Shown here in pieces: positions 1 through 9,368 of a stretch of DNA of 64,000 nt. Under the pieces are notes generated by a model, which was not told the DNA's origin, did not search any database, and worked only from the letters and a program-made list of their open reading frames with translations. Every line of letters starts with the position of its first letter. Position 1 is the first letter of the stretch. Location of the stretch: assembly GCA_964568875.1 (NCBI GenBank), contig CAZMSH010000004.1, positions 6,816 to 70,815 of the forward strand, given 5' to 3'. The DNA comes from an uncultured Rikenellaceae bacterium. GTDB taxonomy: Bacteria; Bacteroidota; Bacteroidia; Bacteroidales; VadinHA17. A program made the translations under genes and the position numbers.

Positions 1-553
1 CATAATGGACGGCATATTTGTGCCTAATATTTCATTCGGATTTCCCGTAATTCACTATATAAACAAGCATGCCACAAAACCGCTTGATGTTCACCTGATG
101 ATCTCAAAGCCTGACGATTATCTGTCGAGATTTCGCGATGCCGGTGCTGATATCCTTACGGTACACTTTGAGGGTGCGATCCATCTTCAGAGGACGGTTA
201 CGGAGATAAGAAAACTTGGGATGAAGGCAGGTGTGGCAGTGAATCCTCATACACCGGTTTCTGCACTAAAAGATATTCTGCCATTTATTGACATGGTTCT
301 GGTAATGACTGTCAATCCGGGCTATGGCGGGCAGGATTTTATCACCACCAGCTTTGACAGGGTTGCAGAACTGAGGAAGCTGATCGATGAAAAGGGATAT
401 AAGGTATATATTCAGGTTGACGGTGGTGTAGACCTTAATAATGCGGCAAGGCTGCTTTCTGCCGGTGTTGATATTCTGGTCGCCGGTACAACCGTTTTTT
501 ATTCAGACGATCCTGCAGCTACAATAGAAAAACTGAAGGGACTAAAGTACTAA
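1..553 (+). CDS. rpe: ribulose-phosphate 3-epimerase, N-terminus cut by window edge
   Basis: ORF 5..553 with the frame open to the window start. Motifs MDGxFVPNISFG, VMTVNPGYGGQ and QVDGG are typical of the Rpe TIM barrel. About 30 N-terminal residues are missing. Confidence 0.9.
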   Translation, partial: IMDGIFVPNISFGFPVIHYINKHATKPLDVHLMISKPDDYLSRFRDAGADILTVHFEGAIHLQRTVTEIRKLGMKAGVAVNPHTPVSALKDILPFIDMVLVMTVNPGYGGQDFITTSFDRVAELRKLIDEKGYKVYIQVDGGVDLNNAARLLSAGVDILVAGTTVFYSDDPAATIEKLKGLKY

Positions 554-1458
554 GACACTAATCCTGTCTTATTGCCTATATAATCAAGTATCTCCAGGGT
601 CTCTCCAGGATGGAACCACTTAATATTCTTGTCCCTGGCCCACCAGGTAATCTGTCTTCTGGCATATCTGCGGGTATTTCTTTTTATCAGTCTTACAGCC
701 TCTTCCCTGGATATTTTGCCATCGAACCATTCAAATAATTCCCTGTAGCCAACGGTCTGAAGGGCATTTTCATTCCTAAACGGTAACAGGCTCCTTGCTT
801 CTTCTTCCAGCCCTTTAGCCATCATATTATCAACTCTCATATCAATGCGGGAGTAGAGTTCTTCTCTCCCGGGCATTATCCCTATCTTTACAATTCCGTA
901 ATCTCTTACAGTTTTGTTCTTATTGAGAAATGAGGAGTATGGTCTGCCGGTAGATGCAAATACCTCCAAGGCTCTCATTATGCGCCGGGGATTTCTCAGG
1001 TCGACACGTGAGTAATGCTCAGGGTCGACGATCCTGAGCTCTGCTCTCAGGGCAGCTATACCCTCCTTCTTAAGCTTTTGCGTATATCTCTCACGTACCT
1101 GCTGATCAATATCGGGAATATCATCAATTCCTTCGCAGACAGCATTTATATACAATCCGGAACCACCTGTCATTATTACGAGGTCGTTATCTTTGAACAG
1201 AGTGCCGAGTAGCGCGGAGGCATCCCTTTCGAACATACTGGCGCTATAGTAACCTGTAACCGGAAAGCAGCCTGTAAAATGATGCCTCACACCCCTTTTT
1301 TCTATTTCATCAGGGGCAGCTGTGCCTATTGACATGCCTTTGTAAAACTGCCTCGAATCTGCCGAAATAACATCACAACCCAGTTTTTCAGCCAGCCTGA
1401 CTGATAGTTCAGTTTTACCGGCAGCGGTGGGCCCGGTAATGACTATCAGGTATTTCAT
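550..1458 (-). CDS. miaA: tRNA dimethylallyltransferase
   Basis: 302 aa. N-terminal P-loop GPTAAGKT and a DSRQFYKGMSIGTA motif, with length typical of MiaA. 4-nt convergent overlap with the rpe stop. Confidence 0.92.
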   Translation of the reverse strand: MKYLIVITGPTAAGKTELSVRLAEKLGCDVISADSRQFYKGMSIGTAAPDEIEKRGVRHHFTGCFPVTGYYSASMFERDASALLGTLFKDNDLVIMTGGSGLYINAVCEGIDDIPDIDQQVRERYTQKLKKEGIAALRAELRIVDPEHYSRVDLRNPRRIMRALEVFASTGRPYSSFLNKNKTVRDYGIVKIGIMPGREELYSRIDMRVDNMMAKGLEEEARSLLPFRNENALQTVGYRELFEWFDGKISREEAVRLIKRNTRRYARRQITWWARDKNIKWFHPGETLEILDYIGNKTGLVS

Positions 1459-1489
1459 CTGATTGGTTCTGACCGTTAAGTTTTTTTAT

Positions 1490-2047
1490 TTACTCGTTGT
1501 AATCGTCGGCCGGATCAATGTTGTCAAAATCTGTCAGGGAATCTTCGTCATCCGAACCGAAATAGAGATCATCTATTTCTGCATCATCATCGTCGTCATC
1601 ATCATCGCTTACGACAAGATTATTGTACTTTTTTCTTGATGAGCCACCAAAAACAACCTGCTTGGGAGGAATGCCCTTTGAATTTGTACATACCGGATAT
1701 TCTCTGCCGTCAATCTCGGCAGTCTCACCCGTGTATTCTATGAAGAGGCCTCTCTCATTGAAGAAGTCAAATATGTATAGGAGCTTCTGATTTTTCTTGT
1801 AGATGATATCTTCGAGTAAGGCATCGTCCATGGTAGAAGAACCTGCTCCCATATCGAACAGGGTGAATTCCTCCTCCTTTTCCCAATTGTCAGTTGCAAG
1901 ATAGAAAGAAGCCATTTGCGATTTATCATACTCCAGCTCCTCCTGCAAAATATTGTGAAAATCCATCAAGGTTTGATTGTCAAGGAATTCAAATTCCCTT
2001 ACAAATGCATCATCTTCATCTGATAAAACAACAAATTTGTATACCAT
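1490..2047 (-). CDS. pRiA4b ORF-3-like (IS1096 TnpR-passenger-like) domain protein with acidic poly-Asp tail
   Basis: 185 aa. The N-terminal 120 aa resemble, from memory, the PRiA4_ORF3 family (YKFxVxL...FxRxxE...L.DLH). The C-terminus contains a DDDDDDDD run. Confidence 0.5.
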   Translation of the reverse strand: MVYKFVVLSDEDDAFVREFEFLDNQTLMDFHNILQEELEYDKSQMASFYLATDNWEKEEEFTLFDMGAGSSTMDDALLEDIIYKKNQKLLYIFDFFNERGLFIEYTGETAEIDGREYPVCTNSKGIPPKQVVFGGSSRKKYNNLVVSDDDDDDDDAEIDDLYFGSDDEDSLTDFDNIDPADDYNE

Positions 2048-2109
2048 ATCAATTAAAATTCAAACGGTGCAATATAATACTTTTTAAATTACGTTCATCT
2101 GAGCCAAAT

Positions 2110-3129
2110 TTATTTTAAGAGAAAACCCATAGTGTCAATACCATCCTGGTAGTCCCATAGCTTGGGCTTCTGTGCAAAACCGTGAGGAGTATGACCATGC
2201 CCCGTTACCACCTGTATCTTTTCAAGGAGTGGTGTAATCAATTTATTATAAACGGCAGGGTCTGCTTCCTGATAATTGATAACTGCCACGGGGGAGAAGA
2301 GGGATTCATCCTTTTTTAACAGGGCGAAACCGGTATCGAAGAATTTTTCGCGGTTGACTGTCATGACAGCTTTGTGATACTGATAGTTGGAGACATACTT
2401 GCTGTTTTCCGCTACAGTTGAATATTTCATCCATGCTTTCTCCAGTCTTCGAAGGTCATACCCGGGGGGTATATATAACTTTGTAATACTCCTGCATCCG
2501 AGTCCGAAGTATGAAAAGATGTCCTCACCAAGCCCTTCCAGTTCCATCTCACTTTCATTGCCTGTTATAAGTCCTGCACCCGTGCGGTTCCTGCGTATAA
2601 GCGAGGGGTATTTCCCAAAATAGTAATCAAAGTACCTGCTGCTGTTATCGCTGCCAGTCGCTATGACCATCTCAAAGTCACTTACGTGACTGTCGGCAAA
2701 TACTATGTTGTCAGCCAGTCCGGGCTCCGCAGCAACAATGATTCCGGCTATCTCCCGCATCAGCCGCTCGTCCTTCGAACTGGTCTTGATCGCGGCGATG
2801 TTTCCCGACAACAGAACACACATCAAATCATGGAAGCCCACAGCCGGTATATTACCTGCCATGATTATGGCAACCCTTCTGGCAGTACGTGGCTGATCAA
2901 TAGAGGGGTACGCAGACAGCCATTTTTCAATATTACTTTCTGTAAGCTCATCGCCAAGTGCCGAAAATGCTTTTCTTACGTTACCGGGGGTGAACCAGGG
3001 ATTAGAGTGATGGTAGTTGCTGATCAGGGAAAGCAATCCCCCTGTCAGGTCATTCTCTGTTCCTGCAGCGGCTTCCCTGAAGGAACTGCCCAGTATGGCA
3101 AATGCATTGATTCTCTTTTCGAGGTTCAT
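2110..3129 (-). CDS. LuxC-like acyl-CoA reductase family protein
   Basis: 339 aa. Overall resemblance to the Bacteroidota 'acyl-CoA reductase' (LuxC family) proteins. No luxD or luxE partners nearby. Confidence 0.55.
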   Translation of the reverse strand: MNLEKRINAFAILGSSFREAAAGTENDLTGGLLSLISNYHHSNPWFTPGNVRKAFSALGDELTESNIEKWLSAYPSIDQPRTARRVAIIMAGNIPAVGFHDLMCVLLSGNIAAIKTSSKDERLMREIAGIIVAAEPGLADNIVFADSHVSDFEMVIATGSDNSSRYFDYYFGKYPSLIRRNRTGAGLITGNESEMELEGLGEDIFSYFGLGCRSITKLYIPPGYDLRRLEKAWMKYSTVAENSKYVSNYQYHKAVMTVNREKFFDTGFALLKKDESLFSPVAVINYQEADPAVYNKLITPLLEKIQVVTGHGHTPHGFAQKPKLWDYQDGIDTMGFLLK

Positions 3130-3153
3130 AGGGGTATTCTCTACCCCGCAAAT

Positions 3154-4494
3154 TTAGGAATTGATCTTTTTAATCTCGCCCATAAAGAATAATTCTTCCT
3201 TTATTTTTTTTATTCTCAGTCTTGCGTAGCTATGATTACCCGATATTATGAAGCTGTCAGTATCAATACCTCTTGACTCAGCAATTCTTCTTATCATTTC
3301 ATTCTGGTGAGCATCATAGGCCTCGAAGAATCTCAGAGCCTCACTGAGATTCTTCCTGCTATCGTGCATTTTGGCCAGATTCAGCAGGTGATCAGGATTC
3401 TCCGGTTCGTATATCAGAGCGGTCATATATGACTCAATACCATCATCATAATTGTTAATGTCGCTGTATGCCTTACCTATCGAAGCATAGATGTTGCCCA
3501 GCTTTGCTGAGTCTGGCATCATCAGCTCAACAGCCTTTTCAAGATACATAATACCTTCTTTCTGCATTCGCCATGAAGACATTGCAACTCCAAGGTAAAA
3601 GGCCGCTTCATAATTCATAGTATCAGATTCATAATAGAGTTTCAGGTATGGAACAGCGTCCCTGTATTGTTGTGAGGCATAAAGAGAGAAAGCCAGTTGT
3701 CTGATCACCACCATTGAGGTATCTCCCAGGTTGTAAGCATTCATGTAAGCTTCAGCAGCTGTTTTGTATCCCTGCATGGCGAACAGGAGATTGCCGTAGC
3801 ATCTGTATGGAACAGGGTTTCTGAGGTTATTGGCAACAGCCTCTTCGAGAGTTTCAATACCAGCTGCGGGAGTTTTAAGCCTCAGCCAGAGGTTAGACAA
3901 AGACATCAGTACCGAAAAATCCCGGCTGTTAAGCCTCCAGGCTTCCTTCATATGGAAAAGTGCAGAGTCATCCATATTTGCCTGAGCAAGGCAGCCTCCG
4001 AGGTTTTTTCTGAAGACAGGATTGTCAGGGACGGAGTCTACCAGTATCTGGTACCATCTTGCGGCTTCATGAAACTGCCTGTTTGATACAAGCATACCGG
4101 CATATTTGTTTATGACAAACAGATTATCTCTGTTCTTTTCAATAATATCTTCATATTTTGCGGAAGCAGATTCAATATCGCCCAGTGCTTCAAGACATTC
4201 TGCAATCAGTATTCCGGCGTTTATCCCTCCGGTTCCTGCGTCCTCTGCTGCCTTCAGGTGTTGCATGGCAATATGGTAGTTACTCAGTGATGCATTTATG
4301 ATACCATATCTCAGCTGCAATCCGGGACTCATGCCCGAACTCTCCTCCAGTACTCTGCAAAGCCTTATCGCCTCACGGTAATCTCTTTCAGACACAGCCC
4401 TGTCAATATCTTCAAAAGAGGGCTGACCCGACAGGCGGGTCAGGTTGATAATGAACAAAAGAATCAGGCTCAGGATCAGTCTGGTAATCTTCAT
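3154..4494 (-). CDS. exported tetratricopeptide (TPR) repeat protein
   Basis: 446 aa. N-terminal signal peptide followed by repeated 34-aa A/Y/L-rich helical repeats (e.g. AxxxYxxAL, EAxxxYxxAL). Confidence 0.7.
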   Translation of the reverse strand: MKITRLILSLILLFIINLTRLSGQPSFEDIDRAVSERDYREAIRLCRVLEESSGMSPGLQLRYGIINASLSNYHIAMQHLKAAEDAGTGGINAGILIAECLEALGDIESASAKYEDIIEKNRDNLFVINKYAGMLVSNRQFHEAARWYQILVDSVPDNPVFRKNLGGCLAQANMDDSALFHMKEAWRLNSRDFSVLMSLSNLWLRLKTPAAGIETLEEAVANNLRNPVPYRCYGNLLFAMQGYKTAAEAYMNAYNLGDTSMVVIRQLAFSLYASQQYRDAVPYLKLYYESDTMNYEAAFYLGVAMSSWRMQKEGIMYLEKAVELMMPDSAKLGNIYASIGKAYSDINNYDDGIESYMTALIYEPENPDHLLNLAKMHDSRKNLSEALRFFEAYDAHQNEMIRRIAESRGIDTDSFIISGNHSYARLRIKKIKEELFFMGEIKKINS

Positions 4495-4553
4495 AATAAT
4501 ACCATTAAATTAATGTTAACAGTAATACGGGAACCTATAAGCATAATGATTAA

Positions 4554-6122
4554 CTACTGGCCGGAGAGCTGAAAGTTTACCGTAATCGAGAATCTCACCC
4601 GCACTGCAACCCCTCTTTGGTAGCCCGGGATCCATGCCGGTGACAATTGCACCACTCTTACTGCTTCATCGTCAAGAGATTTGTCGACACTTCTCAGAAC
4701 GGTCACATTACTTACGCTTCCGTCAGGTTCAACCACAAAACCTATAAACACCTTCCCCTGAATCCCGTTTTCATGGGCAATCTGAGGGTACCTGATGTTA
4801 TCCCTTACCCAGTTGCTGAATCTCTGGACGTCTCCACCCATAAAGGTCGGCATTTTTTCAACTATCATAAAGATGTCTCCTGCCCGGCTGAGCTGCTCTT
4901 CAGCATATTTCTTAGTGGTCACTATTGCTACTCCTGCGGCACCCCTGGCACCATACATTCTCATCACCGCCTCGGGTCTCAGTATCCTGAGCCCGGCGAT
5001 TTCCGATTCAGGAATCTGTTCAAAGTAGTCGCGGCTCTTCTCCTCGCCGTCAACTATTATTATCATATCACCATACTCGGGTTTGCTCATCTCTTCGCGG
5101 CTTTTGTCTCCGGGGTAGTAGACGGTGACCAGCTGACTTTCCTCCTTTTTCTCAGGAACTAAAGTATCAATACTGGCTGTTTCGGTAGTAACATTTTCCG
5201 GAACCGGAACCTCATCTGCCACTAAAGCTTCCTGAGGCGCAGAATCAAGCATGTCATTGCACGAGAATACCATAGCGGCAACGGCTATAAGCGGAACTGC
5301 GATCAAAGTTTTGACCACGGCTCCCGGTTTTGTCTCTTTTCTTGTCATCATAATGATTCGTTTTTTGATTAGGGATTTGGCGGAAAAACACGAGGCAACC
5401 GGAATATTTCCCGTCCCGAAAACTTCTTTAAATATAAGCATCTGATAATCTGTGATCCTGCCTGTTCTGCTAATGTATTCCCTGTCGGTGTGATACTCAT
5501 GAACAGCCCTGACCGAATACCTGATCATGTATGAGAAGGGATTCATCCACTGCATTGATACTGCAATTTCACACAGTATTATGTCAAGATAATGTAACAA
5601 CCGGTTATGAATCTCTTCATGAAGTATAACCTTTTCTCTGTCAGAGTCTGACAGCCTGCTACTGATGAAAATATAACCCAATGCAGAGAACCCTGCAAAT
5701 TGTCCTGAGTCATCCACCTCAACAATATTACCATTCACGGTTCCTTTACGAATTAGTCGGATTATACCTGTGATGCCTGACAAGAACCTGGCAATGAAGA
5801 ATATAGTGCCGATTATGTACAAAACGGCAATTACAGTCACCGGATCAACACTCTCTGAAACGGTAACAGCAGCCTCGCTGCCATATACCTCAGCCTGCCC
5901 AAGCATCCCGTTAAAGACCCATTGCAGGGCTTCTGGATTTATAACTGCACTTTCTGTCTGGAACCTCAGAAAAGGCAGCAGCCATGATAACAACAATGAC
6001 GATATAAGATATATCCTGTTTCTGACATAGGCAGTGTCACGGCTGAGAAACAGGTAGTATACCGTATAAAAGATGGCCATGAAAAGGCCTGCTTTCACCG
6101 CATGAATAAAGAAACCGTTCAT
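4554..6122 (-). CDS. BlaR1-like M56 peptidase signal transducer fused to a C-terminal TonB domain
   Basis: 522 aa. Several TM helices, an HEXXH zinc motif (HEEIH), and a C-terminal MPTFMGGD...GxV.V.F.V..dG region typical of TonB_C. 4-nt overlap with the upstream BlaI-like gene. Confidence 0.8.
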   Translation of the reverse strand: MNGFFIHAVKAGLFMAIFYTVYYLFLSRDTAYVRNRIYLISSLLLSWLLPFLRFQTESAVINPEALQWVFNGMLGQAEVYGSEAAVTVSESVDPVTVIAVLYIIGTIFFIARFLSGITGIIRLIRKGTVNGNIVEVDDSGQFAGFSALGYIFISSRLSDSDREKVILHEEIHNRLLHYLDIILCEIAVSMQWMNPFSYMIRYSVRAVHEYHTDREYISRTGRITDYQMLIFKEVFGTGNIPVASCFSAKSLIKKRIIMMTRKETKPGAVVKTLIAVPLIAVAAMVFSCNDMLDSAPQEALVADEVPVPENVTTETASIDTLVPEKKEESQLVTVYYPGDKSREEMSKPEYGDMIIIVDGEEKSRDYFEQIPESEIAGLRILRPEAVMRMYGARGAAGVAIVTTKKYAEEQLSRAGDIFMIVEKMPTFMGGDVQRFSNWVRDNIRYPQIAHENGIQGKVFIGFVVEPDGSVSNVTVLRSVDKSLDDEAVRVVQLSPAWIPGYQRGVAVRVRFSITVNFQLSGQ

Positions 6123-6502
6123 TTTTCAATCTTTTTCTGTTTTTCGATCTCCTCTGACATCAGCTTCATTATCTCTTCCATCTCCCTGATGCTTATCTCC
6201 TTCTCACGGGCAAAAAAGCTTACCATCTGCTCATAGGAGTTGGAAAAGTAACTGCTTATGAAATTGCCCATCTGCATTTTCGTGTAGGCCTTCTTCGTTA
6301 CCAGTGGATAGTACTCATGAGTGCGGCCATAGGCCTTGTGACTTACAAAACCCTTTTCCTGCAGTATCCTTACAATAGTGCTAACCGTATTATAGGCCGG
6401 CTTTGGCTCACTGAAGTGTTCAAGTATGTCTTTCACAAACCCTCTCCTTATCTTCCACAGGATCATCATAATCTGCTCCTCAGCACGTGTCAGTTCTTTC
6501 AT
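6119..6502 (-). CDS. BlaI/MecI/CopY family transcriptional repressor
   Basis: 127 aa winged-helix protein (LTRAEEQIMMILW...YNTVSTIVRILQEKGFV). First gene of a two-gene unit with the BlaR1-like sensor. Confidence 0.85.
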   Translation of the reverse strand: MKELTRAEEQIMMILWKIRRGFVKDILEHFSEPKPAYNTVSTIVRILQEKGFVSHKAYGRTHEYYPLVTKKAYTKMQMGNFISSYFSNSYEQMVSFFAREKEISIREMEEIMKLMSEEIEKQKKIEK

Positions 6503-6658
6503 CTTCTATCTGTTGTTTTTACAAAGCTACAACGAAATATTTAGTTATGAAACTAATCTTTTAATTATTTTTTTACAAAATTTAAGGGTGCAACGAATAT
6601 CAAGGAAAAATAAAAAAGTGTACTTTTATAATTCTAACGGGTTAAGTAAAGTATTGCC

Positions 6659-7036
6659 ATGGATAAGATTGTAATTCAGGAACAGTTGAAGAACGTGCCG
6701 GGAATAGTATTTTCACCGGAGAATAAACTGCTTGAGGTTGCAGGGAGGTCGATACCTGAGAACCCTGAGACTATTTTCCGCCGCCTTGATGAGTGGCTTA
6801 CAGAGTATTTTGATAATGACAGCACTTTAACGGTGAGTATTTTTCTGGAGTATATCAACAGCGGTTCATCAAAGTATCTCTATGAAATACTTCGCAAGCT
6901 GACCGGCTACAAACATTCCGGAAAGAGTGTAAGGTTGATATGGAAATATGAAGAAGATGATGAGGCCATGCTGGACCTGGGGGAGCACTACCGTGATTCT
7001 GCCGGTGTTCCTCTTGAGATAGAGATGATATTGTGA
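6659..7036 (+). CDS. DUF1987 / SiaC-like small regulatory protein
   Basis: 125 aa. F.PENKLLEVAGRSIPENP and EYINSGSSKYL signatures remembered from the DUF1987 (SiaC) family. Confidence 0.55.
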   Translation: MDKIVIQEQLKNVPGIVFSPENKLLEVAGRSIPENPETIFRRLDEWLTEYFDNDSTLTVSIFLEYINSGSSKYLYEILRKLTGYKHSGKSVRLIWKYEEDDEAMLDLGEHYRDSAGVPLEIEMIL

Positions 7037-7054
7037 ATCATATTCAGAAAAAAT

Positions 7055-7088
7055 AAAGAGGCTGTCTCTGTTTTGAGGCAGCCTCTTT
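7055..7088. terminator. bidirectional intrinsic terminator hairpin between the DUF1987 gene and gap
   Basis: aaagaggctg (7055-7064) pairs perfectly with cagcctcttt (7079-7088). A/T runs lie on both sides, and it sits between convergent stops. Confidence 0.6.
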
Positions 7089-7112
7089 CTGTTTTATTGG
7101 GTATTGTTGGTC

Positions 7113-8132
<1,020 letters not shown>

Positions 8133-8199
8133 TTATTTGTATGGAGGTACAAAGGTACTAATAAATTGAAAATCTCAAAAAGGGGGATAATACGAAACG

Positions 8200-8994
8200 T
8201 CAGCGTTTCCTGATGAAGATGGTTGCTATTCTGTTTGACTGCGGGTCAAAGGGATCGATTATCAGGCCCATTCGGTAAGAGATGAACAGAGAGAAGAAGA
8301 GAGCTCTGTTATCTTCTGTTGCCATAATATCAATTTTTTTCAGGTAGCCGTTAATTACACTGCCAAGCTCGATGGTGTGTACTGCCCTGTCGTTCCTGCT
8401 GAATTCAAAATTGAAGCCACCTTTAATATAGGCTCCCGGAACAATTTTAGTCTCCTTTATTCCCTTGAAAAAGGATGCTTTGCTGTATATGTCGTACGGG
8501 TGATGAATAGATTCTTCAAATTTCTCTTCTTTGATATAGAAGGAGGTGGGTGTTGCGGGGTAAAGCACTTTGTAATAGATAGGTTTTACCAGTGCCAGTC
8601 CCGGTCCGGCAGTAAAAAAATACCTTATTGCCACACCTCCGAGATCCTCTTTGTTGAAGAGTTCGTAACGCTTACCCAGGCCTCCGCGGAGATAGAAGGG
8701 AGTATTAAGCTTGCCGAAAACGAATGAGGTGCCGCTTGGGTACCACGGGTTCTGCAGTTTAAGTTCTCTTGGATGGTTAAGGATGCCCAGGTCTATCTCA
8801 TAAATATTTGTATTCCTGAAATCGATATAGCGGCCTTCCCTGTAGCTTATGCCATATCCGTCGGTGTTGAGCATAAGGCCAAAAGTTCTTTCGTGACGGT
8901 AGAAAGCTCTCTTCTGTTCGTCAATTTCACCCTGGCCGTAACATACTGATACGGCACTAATGATCAACACAGCCACCGACAGCAGCTTCTTCAT
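8200..8994 (-). CDS. hypothetical exported / outer-membrane protein
   Basis: 264 aa. Signal peptide, alternating beta-strand-like pattern, aromatic-rich C-terminus. No recognisable catalytic motif. Confidence 0.45.
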   Translation of the reverse strand: MKKLLSVAVLIISAVSVCYGQGEIDEQKRAFYRHERTFGLMLNTDGYGISYREGRYIDFRNTNIYEIDLGILNHPRELKLQNPWYPSGTSFVFGKLNTPFYLRGGLGKRYELFNKEDLGGVAIRYFFTAGPGLALVKPIYYKVLYPATPTSFYIKEEKFEESIHHPYDIYSKASFFKGIKETKIVPGAYIKGGFNFEFSRNDRAVHTIELGSVINGYLKKIDIMATEDNRALFFSLFISYRMGLIIDPFDPQSNRIATIFIRKR

Positions 8995-9038
8995 GGCGTT
9001 CGCCTTTCTTTTATCTGGAGTACTATAGACGGTAACCG

Positions 9039-9170
9039 TCAGCCTATATGATCAGTGCTTACCTGGTTGGCATTTGTGTACGCAGGACAGATCTCACGGT
9101 TGCATGAGCTGGCAAGCAGGGCCACCAAAAATGCCATAACAAATACTATAGCGAATTTCTTCATAACCAT
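9039..9170 (-). CDS. small lipoprotein (43 aa; below the ORF-track cutoff)
   Basis: Hand translation gives MVMKKFAIVFVMAFLVALLASSCNREICPAYTNANQVSTDHIG*. It has a signal peptide plus lipobox LLASSC, and a TAaaTTTG -7 box 15 nt upstream. An alternative start lies at 9164. Confidence 0.45.
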   Translation of the reverse strand: MVMKKFAIVFVMAFLVALLASSCNREICPAYTNANQVSTDHIG

Positions 9171-9184
9171 CTTGTTTTACAATA

Positions 9185-9192
9185 CAAATTTA
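9185..9192 (-). promoter_or_regulatory. Bacteroidota -7 promoter box (TAAATTTG on the minus strand)
   Basis: Plus strand reads caaattta. Matches the TAnnTTTG consensus just upstream of the small lipoprotein ORF. Confidence 0.4.
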
Positions 9193-9247
9193 GCTTTTTA
9201 AGTTTAAAAACAATCGTCGTGCCAAAAAAAACCTGAATCTGCTACTA

Positions 9248-9297
9248 CTGAATGAAGCAGCAGCCTGCGAATCAGGCTGCTGCCATTGTCATTCAGT
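9248..9297 (-). terminator. long hairpin terminator downstream of the BNR-repeat gene
   Basis: Inner stem gcagcagcctg (9257-9267) pairs with caggctgctgc (9273-9283), an 11-bp perfect stem. It is extended by ctgaatga (9248-9255) pairing with tcattcag (9290-9297). A T8 run on the minus strand at 9222-9229 follows. Confidence 0.6.
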
Positions 9298-9368
9298 CAT
9301 ATTTTAAACAATGCACGTTGCGCTTTGTTCATTGCCGTGGTCATTAATTGTGACACGGGCCGTAACTG

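Noticed and set aside
1490-2047. Annotating the pRiA4b-ORF3/IS1096-passenger-like gene as a mobile element.
   Set aside because: No transposase, inverted repeats or target duplications are visible around it. Only the domain family name suggests mobility.
2686-3192. 168-aa + strand ORF, and the 171-aa ORF at 4647-5162.
   Set aside because: They are antisense to the LuxC-like and BlaR1-like genes respectively. Neither has motifs or an upstream promoter box.
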